Notes: generated by a model from the letters alone, not told the origin. A stretch of DNA of 64,000 nucleotides from Octopus sinensis (GCF_006345805.1 NC_043016.1:32178001-32242000), one strand, 5' to 3'. Numbered from the stretch's first letter, positions 26,123 through 39,433 are shown. Numbers and translations are program-made.

Positions 26123-26660
26123 ATAATTTGTAGAGGGCTTATTACACATAAATGCCTCACACTAAGAGGGACAAAGTCATTACTACCAAATTACACTAAT
26201 CATACCTAATGTCAGTTCTTCAAAGCAAGACATTTAAAAATGAATTTAGTTCTGTATCACCGTGATTTCACATTTAACTTACGTCTATAATAAAAATATA
26301 AATATAATTAATTTGTACAAAAAAAAAATTATTTTCGAATTCTTTTCTTTTATGAGGTTTTTCACGCTAACTACCTGATAATTTCTTGTTAAGAAGTTAT
26401 CCTTAATTGTTAAATATATATATATATATGTGCGTGTATATATGTTTGTGTGTCTATGTTTGTCCCCCCAACATCGCTTGACAACCGATGCTGCTGTGCT
26501 TATGTCCCCGTAACTTAGCAGTTCAGCAAAAGAGACCGATACAATAAGTACTAGGCTTACAAAAAATAAGTCCTGGGGCCGATTTGATCAACTTAAGGTG
26601 GTGCTCCAGCATGGCTACAGTCAAATGACTGAAACAAGCAAAAGAGTAAAAGAGAGAAAG
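25927..26660 (+). mobile_element. tRNA-derived SINE, family 1, with ~330 bp of unrelated sequence inside its central (TA)n
   Basis: A-box-like TGGCTGTGTGG and B-box-like GGTTCAGTCCC; 3' half gtttgtcccccaacatcgcttgacaacc...gactgaaacaag resumes at about 26450. Confidence 0.85.
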
Positions 26661-26684
26661 AGTATAGATTAATAATCATAATCA

Positions 26685-26819
26685 TAACCATAATAATAAT
26701 AATGATAATAATAATAATGTAATACTAATAATAATAATAATATAATAATAATAATAATATTAATAATAATAATATTAATAATAATAATAATATATAATAA
26801 TAATATTAATAATAATAAT

Positions 26820-26856
<37 letters not shown>

Positions 26857-26868
26857 TTAATAATAATA

Positions 26869-26905
<37 letters not shown>

Positions 26906-26936
26906 TAATAATAATAATAATATTAATAATAATAAT

Positions 26937-26970
<34 letters not shown>

Positions 26971-27035
26971 TATAATTAATAATTAATATTAATAATATAT
27001 AATGATAATAATAATAATAATAATATAATAATAAT

Positions 27036-27066
<31 letters not shown>

Positions 27067-27120
27067 ATAATAATATATTAATAATAATAATAATAATAAT
27101 AATAATGATAATAAATAATG

Positions 27121-27155
<35 letters not shown>
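26685..27155. repeat. (AAT)n microsatellite, ~470 bp
   Basis: Directly visible. Confidence 0.97.
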
Positions 27156-27156
<1 letters not shown>

Positions 27157-27169
27157 CCTTTCTACTATA

Positions 27170-27330
27170 AGCACAAGGCCTGAAATTTCTGGGAGGGAGC
27201 TGGTCAATTATATTGACAGCAATGTTTCACTGGTACTTAATTTATTGACCCCTGAAAGGATGAAAGGCAAAGTTGACCTCGGTGGAATTTGAACTCAGAA
27301 TGTAAAGACAGATGAAATGCTGCTAAACCA
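27170..27330 (-). mobile_element. SINE family 2
   Basis: ggtacttaatttattgacccctgaaaggatgaaaggcaaagttgacctcggtggaatttgaactcagaa. Confidence 0.8.
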
Positions 27331-27345
27331 ACAACAACACTAATA

Positions 27346-27384
<39 letters not shown>

Positions 27385-27760
27385 TCTTTTTATTGGCCAC
27401 AAGGGCTAATGTAAATCAAAACATTAAAAGACAACACAAGACAATAAACAGGGTTTTGTAAAAAAAGAGGTCCATGTAAACATTTCATAACGAAAATAAC
27501 AATATAATAAGTAAAAATTCCCAATAGGGGGAGGTGCTTTGAAGGTTACTCATGGAAAGAACCCATAAAAGCCATGGTTACCTGGTCAACGGGACAAGAA
27601 CCCTTTCTCCTTTTATGCCTTTTTTTTTTAAAGATGTAATCACAGAATTGGTCCATCCATGCTGGCCATTTTTCCGACATTCACCCACCTTTCAATAGAT
27701 TTGCTAGAAGGCAACATTTCCCTCTCTAGCCTCACCTTCCTTTTCACGTAGAACTTGAAT
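27385..27760 (-). mobile_element. Probable 3' fragment of an L1/Tx1-like LINE
   Basis: Minus-strand translation FKFYVKRKVRLEREMLPSSKSIERWVNVGKMASMDGP resembles L1/Tx1 ORF2 C-termini from memory; followed by a T-rich tail. Not database-verified. Confidence 0.4.
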
Positions 27761-27764
27761 CCTT

Positions 27765-27980
27765 TCTACTATAGGCACAGGGCCAGAAATTTGGAGGAGA
27801 GGGCTAGTCAATTACATCGACCCCAGTACTTGACTAATACCTAATTCATTGACCTCGAAAGGATGTAAAGTAAAGTTGACCTCGGTGGAATTTGAACTCA
27901 GAATGTAGCGGCAGACAAAAAAACCCACTAAGCACTTCACCCGGCCTGCAAATGATTATGCCAGCTTGCTGCCTTCATAT
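27765..27980 (-). mobile_element. SINE family 2
   Basis: Same conserved core as 27170-27330 and 49680-49830. Confidence 0.8.
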
Positions 27981-28558
27981 AAAATATAATAATAATAATA
28001 ATGGTTTCAAATTTTAGCATGCAGCCAGCACTTTGGGGTAAGTGGGCTAGTTGATTAGATTGCCCCTAGTATTCAACATGTACTTATTTTATTGACCCTG
28101 AAAAGATGAAAGGCTAAGTCAACCTCACTTGTATATGTATAATTCTTTTTCTGTTGCACTTGCATTATTTCATAACTTTACATTCATTCAATGGTCAAAA
28201 GACCCTTTCTGTTATTTTTTTTTCCTTCTATTCTATAGCCAAAAGGTGTTCTCATTTTTGTTTCTGTTCCCGCTTTTGTTCTTGTATACATTTGTTTGCC
28301 TTTCCCAAAAGCTTAAAGCTTTTAGCTTAAGTCCCTGGCACCCACCGGATTTGAGTAGTCTCAGAGATAAGGGGGCAAAACTACAAGGACTTTGCAGACT
28401 TCAACTGAAGAGGTAATGGGGTGTGAAGGATACATGTATCTCATTTTTGTCCTGTTTGCCGTTTCTCGTGCTATCGTCTATTTTTCCACATGTTGTGTTT
28501 TGTTGGTTTCTGTTTGTTGTGTTCTTTCTGTCCTACCTTTGATTTAAATATATATCTA

Positions 28559-29330
28559 TGAGGTGGTATCAAAATGTTCCCAACCTAGTTCTGTTTAATA
28601 AAAAAACAACTTATCTCACCTAAATTTTATCATTGTCTCCTTCGAAATACTCTCCGTGTGCAGCAATACGTCAGTGCCAGTGTCCTTGCCACTTTTGGAA
28701 TCCAGCCTGGAAGTCATTTTCCATAAGTGAGTCAAGGACCTTCTGCAATCCACTCTTCAACAGTATTAAAACCTTGACCTTTCAACTGCATTTTCAACTT
28801 GGAGAAGAGATAGAAGTCTGCAGGTGCTAAATCTGGCAAATAGGGCAGGTGTGGAAGCGACACCATGTTGTTCTTGGCAAGAGACTCAGGGTGCTTTGTC
28901 GTTGTGAAGAATCCATTTCTTTGCGCTTCACAGATTCAGTCGCTTTCACCAAATGTCTTACCTTATGTACTTCAAAACATCACAATAGAACTCTTGATTA
29001 ACCGTCTGGCCCTGGGGCACAAATGCTCAATGCACAACACAACATTTCCAAGGGTGATGTTCGTGGAAGGTCTTCTGAATTGCTCATTGCCTTCCGTGCC
29101 ACTTGAAACATTGCATATGACCCATTGCCTCATCACTGTAAGCTTGCCAAAGCATGCTCAATGTCTCTGTAGCAGACTTCCCAAGTTTAACACAAGATTT
29201 TATGTTGGCTCTTTACTCCTGTCCATGACAAAATCGCAGAATACAACACACATGTGATCACAAAAACACAAATTTCACAACTTGTGAAGTAAACACAGTG
29301 ATGTCACTTGAATGCAGAATTAGAACCTGT
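28559..29330 (-). mobile_element. Decayed, internally deleted mariner (Tc1/mariner, D,D34D-type) transposon
   Basis: Minus-strand frames give KLGKSATETLSMLWQAYSDEAMGHMQCFKWH (HTH), ILHNDKAP, HLPYLPDLAPADFYLFSKLKMQLKGQGFNTVEEW (YSPDL motif) and GEYFEGD. TA followed by a TIR-like tgaggtggtatcaaaa at 28557. Right boundary uncertain. Confidence 0.9.
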
Positions 29331-29569
29331 GCTCTTCAGATAACAGCTGAGTGTCTACCATGAAGCTAAATGGGCCCTGACAACAATTACCATCAATTTT
29401 AATGCTAGGTAATAGCTTTCGAATGCAACAACATTTTATAAACAAACAACTGGTATCCGAGTAGTACAGGTTCAATTCCCATAGCTGCCTGCTGGCAACT
29501 CTTTTCTGTCTTATAAGGGTAAATACCAAATCTTTCTTTGCCTTACTGTGTTTGAAATTGACTTTCTTG

Positions 29570-29820
29570 TCTGTAAAATCCCAAATACATTCAATGCTTC
29601 CAAAGTTTACTCTTTTACTCTTTTACTTGTTTCAGTCATTTGATTGTGGCCATGCTGGAGCACCACCTTTAGTCAAGCAAATCAACCCAGGACTTATTCT
29701 TTGTAAACCTAGTACTTACTCTATCAGTGTCTTTTGCCAAACCGCTAAGTTACGGGGACATAAACACACCAGCATCGGTTGTCAAGCAATGTTGGGGGGA
29801 CAAATACAGACACACAAACG

Positions 29821-29871
<51 letters not shown>

Positions 29872-30020
29872 GACGGGCTTCTTTCAGTTTCCGTCTACCA
29901 AATCCACTCACAAGGCTTTGGTCAGCCCAAGGCTATAGTAGAAGACACTTGCACAAGGTGCCATGCAGTGGGACTGAACCTGGAACCATGTGGTTGGTAA
30001 GCAAGCTACTTACCACATAA
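29570..30020 (-). mobile_element. SINE family 1, full length
   Basis: Reverse complement of the 57383-57800 element, with central (CA)/(TA) tract. Confidence 0.9.
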
Positions 30021-30254
30021 CCACTTCTATACTTATATATAGATTTATTCTTTTACTTGTTTCAGTCATTTCACTGCAGCCATGCTGGAGCACCACCTCA
30101 AAGGGTTTTAGTCAAAGAAATCGACCCCCAGGACTTATGCGATTTTTTTGCTGAACCCTTAAGTTACGGGAACATAAACACACCAGCATCGGTTGTCAAG
30201 CGATGGTGAGGAAACAAACACAGACACACATAAATATATACATTTTTACATGCC

Positions 30255-30640
30255 ACCAGCACGGATGCCAGTCAGGCAGCACAAGTATCGGCACCACTTG
30301 AATGGTGTTTTAGACTGTATGATGCATGTGCACAAACAGCCATGCTACATGGCAGTGAAACGTGGACTGTGACTGCTGAGGGTATGCATAGGCTTGAAAG
30401 AAATGAAGCTAGTATGCTCCACTGGATGTATAATGTCAGTGTGCATACACAACAGAGTGTAAGCACCCTGAGAGAAAAGTTGGACATAAGAAGCATCAGA
30501 TGTGGTGTGCAAGAGAGATGACTGCAATGGTATGGTCATGTGATGTGTATGGATGATGATAGGTGTGTGAAGAAGTGTCACAGCCTAACAGTGGAGGGAA
30601 CCTGTGGAAGAGGCAGACCCAAGAAAACATGGGATGAGGT
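30255..30640 (+). mobile_element. RTE-LINE ORF C-terminal fragment (pseudogenised)
   Basis: Reads YDACAQTAMLHGSETWTVTAE...WYGHVMCMDDDRCVKKCHSLTVEGTCGRGRPKKTWDEV, paralogous to ORF 36463-36927. Confidence 0.9.
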
Positions 30641-30667
30641 ATATAAATATATATATCTATATATATA

Positions 30668-30850
30668 TGAGAGGGTACCCAAAAGAAACTGGAATTTTGT
30701 AATATTATTTTATTCACTTCATTTTACATGTTTACACTTTTATTGCCTTCAAAGTATTCTCCATTTGAAGCAATGCATCGATCCAGACACATTTTCTACT
30801 GTTCAAAGCAGTCAGAGACCCTCCCATTTTGCCTGAGCATCAATCTAGCA
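30668..30850 (-). mobile_element. Mariner 3'-end remnant
   Basis: TIR-like gagggtacccaaaagaaac next to (TA)n; the minus strand encodes CLDRCIASNGEYFEGNK. Confidence 0.8.
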
Positions 30851-30944
30851 CACCTTGTTTGTTGTTCTCTTACCCGTCTTTGTCTCTTGTTTTGTTTTTG
30901 TTTTTGTTTTTGGTAGAATTTTGAACCATATGTCTGTGTATATA

Positions 30945-31120
30945 TCGTCATCATCATCATCATCATCATCCTCACCATCATCACCATCTAGTAAGCTGAG
31001 GAGCTGCATCTAACTCTAGTCTGATTTGACATGGATCCTACAGCTGGAAGCCCTTCCTAATGTCAATCACTATGAGAGTGTAATGGGTGCTTTTATGTGC
31101 CACCTGCACAGGTGTCAGTT
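30945..31120 (-). mobile_element. Diverged RTE-LINE 3' end
   Basis: (CAT)n plus ctacagctggaagcccttcctaatgtcaatcac. Confidence 0.7.
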
Positions 31121-31832
31121 TGCATGATACCATCAGTTTTCATGACGCCAATTGCCCAAAACGGTCGTGACCTTCTGGTAACTTGACTGAGAAAAGAAGG
31201 CCGCGAATGACCCATCTTTTTTTGCTTGTCCTACTAATTGTTGTTTCTCTTGTCCGCCTTTGTATCAGCTACCTGTCTGAATGCTTTATTGTATTTTATT
31301 GTGTTTTTGTTCTATATATATAATAGAAATATGTTACAAAAAGTAAATAGAAACTACACATGGAAATGCAAGGGGAAAGTAAGAAGAAAAATAAGTGAAA
31401 TGCATATTGGAAATCAAAAAAAGTAAAGGCTTTTTATGAAAAGTAATGATAGATATATACAGTTAGATGAACTGAGGTAGGAATAAAAGTAATAAAAGTC
31501 ATTATTGTGAATTGTTAAAGAGATTCAAAAGCATACCGGTTTCATGAATTGACTAACCATTGCTTTGAGATAAATTGTCCTGGCAGTTACCATATTATCT
31601 CTCAAATTGGTATAGATGCCTGCTATCCACAACAGTCCAATTACATAGTACTCAAACTTAAAAGAGATACTGCTACTGGTATTGGTAAGCTTCACTCGTT
31701 GGGTAGTTCTTTGTTCCTATTCAGAACTGCAAATATTCCATAGAGTATATAATTGATAAAGAAGAGGAGAGTGGAGATTTATTCACATCCCAAATTTATT
31801 TATCAAAAAGCTTTCTACACCATATACAACAC

Positions 31833-31918
31833 TGACCTACATATGTTTCGACTGCAGTGACTGCACATTGCTCTGTATGCAAGTATGCATCCTTGTCGCT
31901 GTAGTTTCATCAAGGCTC
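31833..31918 (-). ncRNA. Decayed type I hammerhead ribozyme with a long stem II
   Basis: Minus strand: GAGCC-TTGATGA-AACTACAGCGAC...GTCACTGCAGTC-GAAAC-ATAT-GTA-GGTC. Core C3 is mutated to T and stem II has three transition mismatches. Confidence 0.6.
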
Positions 31919-32265
31919 CATCATTCCTGACAATGAACTAATTCAAACAAATGTCTTGTGTTGGTGTTCAGTTGAAGATGGTAGCATTACTTTTTAAATC
32001 CAATGGAATTCTCGTCTTATAATCACCTCTACTGCTATTACAGTTGAAACATGCTTTTAAAATGTTTATTCAGATTTCAATTAATTGTAGCAGTTTTGTT
32101 TATATTTTGTTGTATAGAGTACATTATTTATTCAGAAGTTTTTCACTTATTTTGGGCTTATATTCTCAATTATTATTTTTATTATTATTGTTGTTGTTGT
32201 TGTTGTTGTTGTTTTTGTTCTTAGTACTATTTGTGTAAATATCATTTAATTATTACAATCATTAT

Positions 32266-32650
32266 TGTCATCATCATCATCATCATCATCGTTTAGCGTC
32301 CGTTTTCCATGCTAGCATGGGTTGGACGGTTCTACTGGGGTCTGTGAAGCCAGAAGGCTTCATCAGGCCCAGTCAAATCTGGCAGTGTTTCTACGGCTGG
32401 ATGCCCTTCCTAACGCCAACCACTCCGTGAGTGTAGTGGGTGCTTTTTACGTGCCACCCGCACTGGTGCCAGACAGAGCTGGCAAACGGCCACAAACGGA
32501 TGGTGCTTTTTATGTGCCACCGGCACACGAGGGCCAGGCGAGGCTGGCAACGGACACGAACGGGGCGGTGCTGGCAACGGTCGCGAAACGGAAGTTCTCT
32601 TACATTGCCACCGGCATGGTAACACATCTGCAATTTCCATTGATCGATTT
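32266..32650 (-). mobile_element. RTE-LINE 3' end, well preserved
   Basis: (CAT)n-cgtttagcgtccgttttccatgctagcatggg...ggatgcccttcctaacgccaaccactccgtgagtgtagtgg. Confidence 0.88.
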
Positions 32651-32780
32651 CCATTGATCGATTTGTAACAATAATTGCCAAAGATGGTGAGTGTGTTTTA
32701 TTTAAGTTGTTTAAATGTATTTTTTCTCAAGTGTGGACATCTTAGAGCCTATTCCTATCTTGTGTTATTATATATGGAAA

Positions 32781-33164
32781 CTAGCAGTATCGCCCGGCGT
32801 TGCTCAGGTTTGTAAGGGAAATAACTATAAAGCATTTTTAGAGAGTTATAGCCAAAAAATAGCAAAAAATGCATTAAAAATGGAAAAAAAATTATTGTAA
32901 ATTTTTTTTTAAATCGTGGACTCATCGTAGACATTTTTAGAGAGTTACTTCCCTTATATAATAGCGGAAAAAATGCATTAAAATGGAAAAAAATGATGGT
33001 AAATTTTTTTTAAAATCGTAGACTCATCATAGACGCGCGCTAATACCCAGAAGGGCTCGATATGAATCACGACTATAAGATACCCGGTTGCACCGCAAAA
33101 TGTGGAAGTAGTTAGGAATCTAAATCGTAGGAGACAGACACACAACTTCACTTTTATAAATGGA
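32781..33164 (-). mobile_element. Non-autonomous Helitron-like element with an internal ~100-bp tandem duplication
   Basis: CTAG terminus at 32781-32784 with adjacent GC-rich hairpin cccggcgttgctcaggt (Helitron 3' signature); two copies of catttttagagagtta...aaatcgt(g/a)gactcatc. Confidence 0.75.
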
Positions 33165-33789
33165 AATGTGCCTCTGTTGGTTCAATATGTATTTCGGTTG
33201 TGTGATTTATTACTAAAGTGCTTATTCATTGCATCAGCATATAAGTGGATGTGTATTCCTCACATGTGCATGATTGTGTGTGTATTACTGCTGGAGTATG
33301 TTGGCATCAGTTAAAAAAAAAAACGAAAAGAAAAAAACAAGAAGTTGATTCTTTTTGTAAAGAGTCCCTTGGAATATTTGTTCTGTACTGTTTGGGACAC
33401 TTCTTTGTCACTTTCATCGTTTAAATGCTGTGAACTTAATTAAATTGGTCCAAAACTATTGTTCACCAGTTATGATGTAAAATAAAATAAAAATTTTAAG
33501 AAAAACAATGATTTCTCATTTGATGCTGTTGTTGTGTTGTAGTAATAGTAGTAATGGTGGTGGTTGTGGTGGTGGCAGCAGCAACAGTAGTAGTTGCAGT
33601 TGTAGTAGTAGTAGTAGTAGTATTGGTAACAGTAGTTTTAACCCTGGATTGTTCCTGATTGATCAAATCTATGTTTCAAAAGAAAGAAAAAAAAAAGAAA
33701 AAGACTTTCTAACCATGGTTGTCCCATTTGATCTTGGGATCTTTATACTTTGACATGATGTATCTAGGAGTACATTACCAAATGTGCAT

Positions 33790-34070
33790 GCTGAGGAGGA
33801 CAAGGAGACAGAGGAAGAAGAAGAAGAAGAAGAAGGAGGAGAGAAAGCAGAAGAACAGGAAGCAGAAGAACAGGAGGTAGAGGAAGGAGATGAAGACAGG
33901 GCGGACAAGGAAGAAAAAGAAGAAGAGGAAGCAGAAGCTGAGGTGGAAGAGGCAGATGAAGTGGTAGAGGAGGAGGAAGGAGGTGAGAGAGAGATATAAG
34001 AAGAGGAAGAAGGAAGGAGAAGAAGGTGAAGAAGAAGAAGAAGAGTATTGAAGAAAAAGAAAAGAAAAGG
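33790..34070. repeat. (GAA/GAG) purine-rich low-complexity tract
   Basis: Produces a poly-Glu ORF but has no start or splice support. Confidence 0.8.
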
Positions 34071-34382
34071 GACAAAGAATGATAAGAATAGCAGACAAAG
34101 GAAGGAAACATGACCAAATCTCTTGTGATTCTGAAATCTCTGACCAGCCAGATTTTAATAATAATCTCTCACAACCCTTCCCTCCTCCCTTCCTCCCTCC
34201 CTTCCTCCCTCTCACCTCTCTCTCTCTCTCTCTCTCTATGTCTCCATCAATCTTGCCGACACCTTCACCCTCATCCCCAACAGACCTGTTATTATGACCT
34301 TTGATATTTTATGATCTTTACCATGTGACCTTTCATATAGACAGCTTCCTACATCTTATATATCATTTCCATTTCTTGCAGG

Positions 34383-34383
<1 letters not shown>

Positions 34384-34458
<75 letters not shown>

Positions 34459-34494
34459 TTTTTATTATTATTTTTATTATTATTATTATTATTA

Positions 34495-34527
<33 letters not shown>

Positions 34528-34673
34528 CATCAGTGTTATTATTATTGTTGTTGTTGTTTTTATTTGTTGTTTTTATTATTATTATTATTATCATTATTAT
34601 TGTTATTATTACTATTACCTTATTATTATTATTATTATTATTATTATTTTTTATTTTTATTTTTAACATCATC

Positions 34674-34717
<44 letters not shown>

Positions 34718-34812
34718 CATTATTATTATTATTATTGTTATTATTATTACTACTATTATTATTATTATTATTATATTATCATTATTTTTTTATTTTTATT
34801 TTTAAGATTATC

Positions 34813-34872
<60 letters not shown>
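34384..34872. repeat. (ATT)n microsatellite, ~490 bp
   Basis: Directly visible. Confidence 0.97.
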
Positions 34873-35317
34873 TCTTTATATTTTTCAAAAATCTTTGATT
34901 GATGTCAATCCCAACAACCAGCTTCGTCTCTCTTCCTGGCTCCCTCCACTTTATAGAGTATATATATGGATACGTGTATTTGCGTGTGTGTGTGTGTGTA
35001 TGTATATATATGTATGTGTGTGTGTGTGTGTGTGTGTGCATTTGTGTGTATTAGCTTGTGTCCGTTTACGTGGCTGTTGTTAAGTAGTAAGTGTGTATGC
35101 ATGCTTATACATACACGTGTTAATATATTTGCATGTTTGTGTGTGTGTGTGTGCGTGTGTGTGTGTGTGTGATTGCCGCATGTGACTATATCAGGTATAT
35201 GTGTATAGACATGCAATATGATGTGTGTATAAGAATGTATATATTCATGCATATCCTTGTATATGTTTATACTCATGCCTTTTGGATGTGCTTGTGTAAT
35301 GCAGTAGGTCTCTCTCT

Positions 35318-35718
35318 CTACTCTTTTACTCTTTTACTTGTTTCAGTCATTTGACTGCGGCCATGCTGGAGCACTGCCTTTAATCGAGCAACTCGACCCC
35401 GGGACTTATTCTTCGGAAGCCCAGTACTTATTCTATCGATCTCTTTTGCCGAACCACTAAATGACGGGGACGTAAACACACCAGCATCGGTTGTCAAGCA
35501 ATGCTAGGGGGACAAACACACACACATACACATATATACATATATATACATATATACGACAGGCTTCTTTCAGTTTCCGTCTACCAAGTCCACTCACAAG
35601 GCATTGGTCGGCCCGGGGCTATAGCAGAAGACACTTGCCCAAGATGCCACGCAGTGGGACTGAACCCGGAACCATGTGGTTGGTTAGCAAGCTACTTACC
35701 ACACAGCCACTCCTGCGC
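35318..35718 (-). mobile_element. SINE family 1, full length
   Basis: Reverse complement of the head (A and B boxes), central microsatellite and ...gaaacaagtaaaagagtaaaagag tail. Confidence 0.9.
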
Positions 35719-35935
35719 CTATGTTTTTTTTTCTTTTTTGCATGAAGGGGTGGCATGTGTGTGTGTGTGGAGTAGAAGAAAGGCATGTACCTTGTCACAT
35801 ATATGCATGTGTATATGTGTGTATTAATATGTATGTGTGTGTGAGCGTCAAATAATACTTTAATTGTTCCACGTCCTCGCGTTGCTGTGTTTTGTGTTTT
35901 CTTGTTTGGATTATTAAGATATATACATATATATC

Positions 35936-35965
<30 letters not shown>

Positions 35966-35966
<1 letters not shown>

Positions 35967-38900
35967 TCATCATCATCATCATCATCATCGTTTAACGTCC
36001 GTTCTCCATGCTAGCATGGGTTGGACGGTTCGACCGGGGATTTGGGAAGCCAGAAGGCTGCACCAGGCTCCAGTCTTATCTGGCAATGTTTCCTACAGCT
36101 GGATGCCCTTCCTAACGCCAAACCACTCCGTGAGTGTAGTGGGTGTTTTTACGTGCCACCTGCACAGGTGCCAGGCGAGGCTGGCAATGGCCACGATCGG
36201 ATTGGTGCATTTTACGTGCCACCGGCACGGAAGCCAGTCGAGGCGGCGCTGGCATCGGCCACGAGTCGGATAGTGCTTTTTATGTACCACCAGACCAGGG
36301 GTCCTGGCTGGTTCAATTCGATTTCACTTGCCCCAACATGTCTTCGCAAGCAAAGGGGGTTGGCATCGGTGCCTGTCGTCGGATGAGGTTCTATATCGAC
36401 TTCGCTTGCCTCAACAGGTCTTTGTGTCCAAGGGAGGAAAGGCATGCATAAGTGGGCTGGGCTCACTTGTCCTGCCTGGTCTTCTCACGTACAGCATATT
36501 TCCAAAGGTCTCGGTCGCTGGTCATTTCCTCAGTGAGGCTTAAAGTTCGAAGGTCGTGCTTCACCATCTCGTCCCAGGTTTTCCTGGGTCTACCTCTTCC
36601 ACGGGTTCCCTCAACTGCTAGGGATTGGCACTTTCTCACACACCTATCTTCATCCATTCTCACCACATGACCATACCAGCACAATCGTCTTTCTTGCACA
36701 CCACAACTGATGCCTCTTAGGTACAACATTTCTCTCAAGGTACTAACGCTCTGTCGAGTATGTACACTGACATTACACATCCATCGGAGCATACTGGCTT
36801 CACTCCTCATGAGCTTACGCATGTCCTCAGCAGTCACAGCCCATGTTTCACTGCCATGTAGGATGGCTGTTCGTACACATGCATCATACAGTCTGCCTTT
36901 TATACTGAGCGAGAGGCCTTTAGTCACCAGCAGAGGTAAGAGCTCCCTAAACTTTGCCCAGGCTATTCTTATTCTAGCAGTTACACTTTCAGCGCACCCA
37001 CCCCCACTACTGACTTGGTCACCCAGAAACGGAAGCTATCAACTACTTCTAGTTTTTTCCCCTGGAAAGTGACGGAAGTTGTTTTCTGCAGATTTTCGGA
37101 GGTTAATGCTCCCGAGCATCTGCCAATACAAAAACTATCTTCCCAGTTAGCCTACCTTTGACATTGCTGCACCTCTTATGTGTCCATAGCTTACACTGGG
37201 TACATCTTATAGAGATTCTACCTACACATTTTCTACAGATCGAGCAGGCCATCTTCCTGAAGACATTTGTGGATTGTCTACCTTCCTACTTATTAGTACT
37301 TTGGTTTTAGCTAGGTTGATTCTAAGGCCCTCGATTCTAAACCCTCCTTCCACACCTGGAACTTCTCCTCCAGTTCTGATAGTGACTCAGCAATTAGAGC
37401 AAGGTCGTCAGCATAGAGGAGCTCCCAGGGGCAACCTGTCTTGAATTCCTCCGTAATTGCCTGGAGGACTATGATAAATAAGAGGGGGCTGAGTACTGAA
37501 CCTTGGTGGACCCCAACCTCTACTTTGAATTCTTCTGTGTACATGTTGCCAACCCTAACCTTACTTACGGCATCTCTGTACCTGGCTTGCACAGCCCTCA
37601 CCAGCCATTCATCTATCCCTAGTTTCCTCATTGACCACCAGATAAGGGATCGGGGTACCCTATCAAAGGCTTTCTCCATGTCAACGAAAGCCAGGTACAG
37701 GGGCTTATCTTTGGCTAGGTATTTCTCCTGCAGCTGCCTTACCAGGAATATAGCATCAGTGGTACTTTTCGCTGGCACGAACCCAAACAGCATCTCATCT
37801 AAACTAACTCTCTCTCTAATTAGTTGGGCTATGACCCTCTCCATAACCTTCATTACCTGATCCAACAGCTTGATACCTCTGTAATTATTTGTATCTAGGG
37901 CATCACCTTTACCTTTGTAGCAGTTGACTAGTATGCTGCTACACCAGTCATGGGTATGACTCCTTCGTGTATCACCTGGTTGACTATACGGGTAACTAGG
38001 TTTTATAGCCGACACTGCCAGATATTTTGAGCATCTCTGCAGTAATCCTGATGGGCCTGGGGCTTTCCCTGTCTTCATGCTCCTAATTGCTTTAACTACC
38101 AAAGAATTTTCAACTCGGATGGCTGGTCCCTCTGTTGGTTGACATTCGGCAGACTCTCTTTATCCCATTCATTTTCTTTATTCAGCAACCTTTCATAGTG
38201 GCATCTCCAAACCTCTCTCTTTGCATCCTCATTTAGCGCAAGTGAACCATCATCCATGCGAACACACTTCTCTCCTACCACATCACGATTCTCTCTCACA
38301 CACTGTCTGCAACACGAAATACCTCAAGTCTTTCATCCTCACAGCTCAGAACATTGGCAAATTTTTTCTTATCCGCTTCCCCTCTAACTAAATAAACCTG
38401 TCTCCTAGCTTCCCTTCTGGCTGTCTGATACAATTCCCTGCTACCACCGTTCTTCCAGTCCTTCCAAGCCTGTCTCTTTTGTCTAATAGCCCTGTCAACC
38501 ACAGTGTTCCACCACCATGTTACTCTGAGTCGAGATGGTACTTTGCTCCATCCACAGATCTGGTCAGTGGCTGTCAGCAGATTGTCCCGCAGAAATCTCC
38601 AGTTGTCTTCCACATTAAGTGAAGCTATATCCCCTTCTATTTCGTCAAAGGCTTTGAGTAGTATGTCTCTAAATCTCTGTCCATTTACAGGATCTTTAAG
38701 CTTCCAGACCCTTCTCCTCCAAGCTGGTCTTCTGGGCAACCATTTAGCTCTGATCCTGAAGTCACTAACTACTAATCTATGTTGAGTAGTACATTCTTCG
38801 CCTGGAAAGGTTTTGGCATTTATAAGCAGTCCTCTTTCCCTTTTTCTGGCAAGAATGTAGTCAATCTGGCTAGTGTGTCTGCCAGAACGGTAGGTGACTA

Positions 38901-39433
38901 GGTGAGAGGTGGGTTTCCTGAAGTTGGTATTGCAGTCCATAAGGTCATTTGCATCGCAGAACTCCAGCAGCCTGGTACCCTCTTCATTATGAGAGCCAAA
39001 ACCGTAGCCTCCATGACGCCATGGAGCCCCCGACATGCCGTCCAACATGTCCATTGAAATCACCTGCCACGAGAGAGAAGGTCACTGTCATTTGTCAATG
39101 AGGTAGTCTGCAATAGGGTGTCATAGAATTGGTTTTTGTCCTTCCGGTAGCCCTGGTTGAGGGGCATATGCCGAGATGATGGTAGCTGACCTATGGTGAA
39201 GGACTAATCTAATTTTAATTACTTGTCACTTACTCTGACTACCTCGATAACCTTATCTACCCATTTTTCTCCGCAAGAAGTATAACCCACGTCCCCGACC
39301 CCGTCAGTGTTCCCTGCCCAGAAAATCTTGTACTGTTCCTTGCCTGTGAGGAGCCTAGCGGAACCTCCTCTCCACCTTACTTCCTGGATGCAGCATAAAT
39401 CCACACGTCTCCGTTCAAGCAGCTCTACAATCT
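35966..39433 (-). mobile_element. RTE-clade LINE, nearly full length, frameshifted (APE endonuclease + reverse transcriptase)
   Basis: EN: VDLCCIQEVRWRGGSAR, SQIDYIL, TQHRLVVSDF. RT: NYRGIKLL, LAFVDMEKAFDRVP, GVHQGSVLSPLLF, LLYADDL. C-terminus: LHGSETW, GRGRPRKTW. 3' UTR ends in (ATG)n at 35966. Several frameshifts; the 5' end abuts (TA)n. Confidence 0.97.

Noticed and set aside
33784-33999. Glu-rich ORF as an acidic protein exon
   Set aside because: It lies in a GAA/GAG low-complexity tract with no convincing splice sites or recognisable domain.
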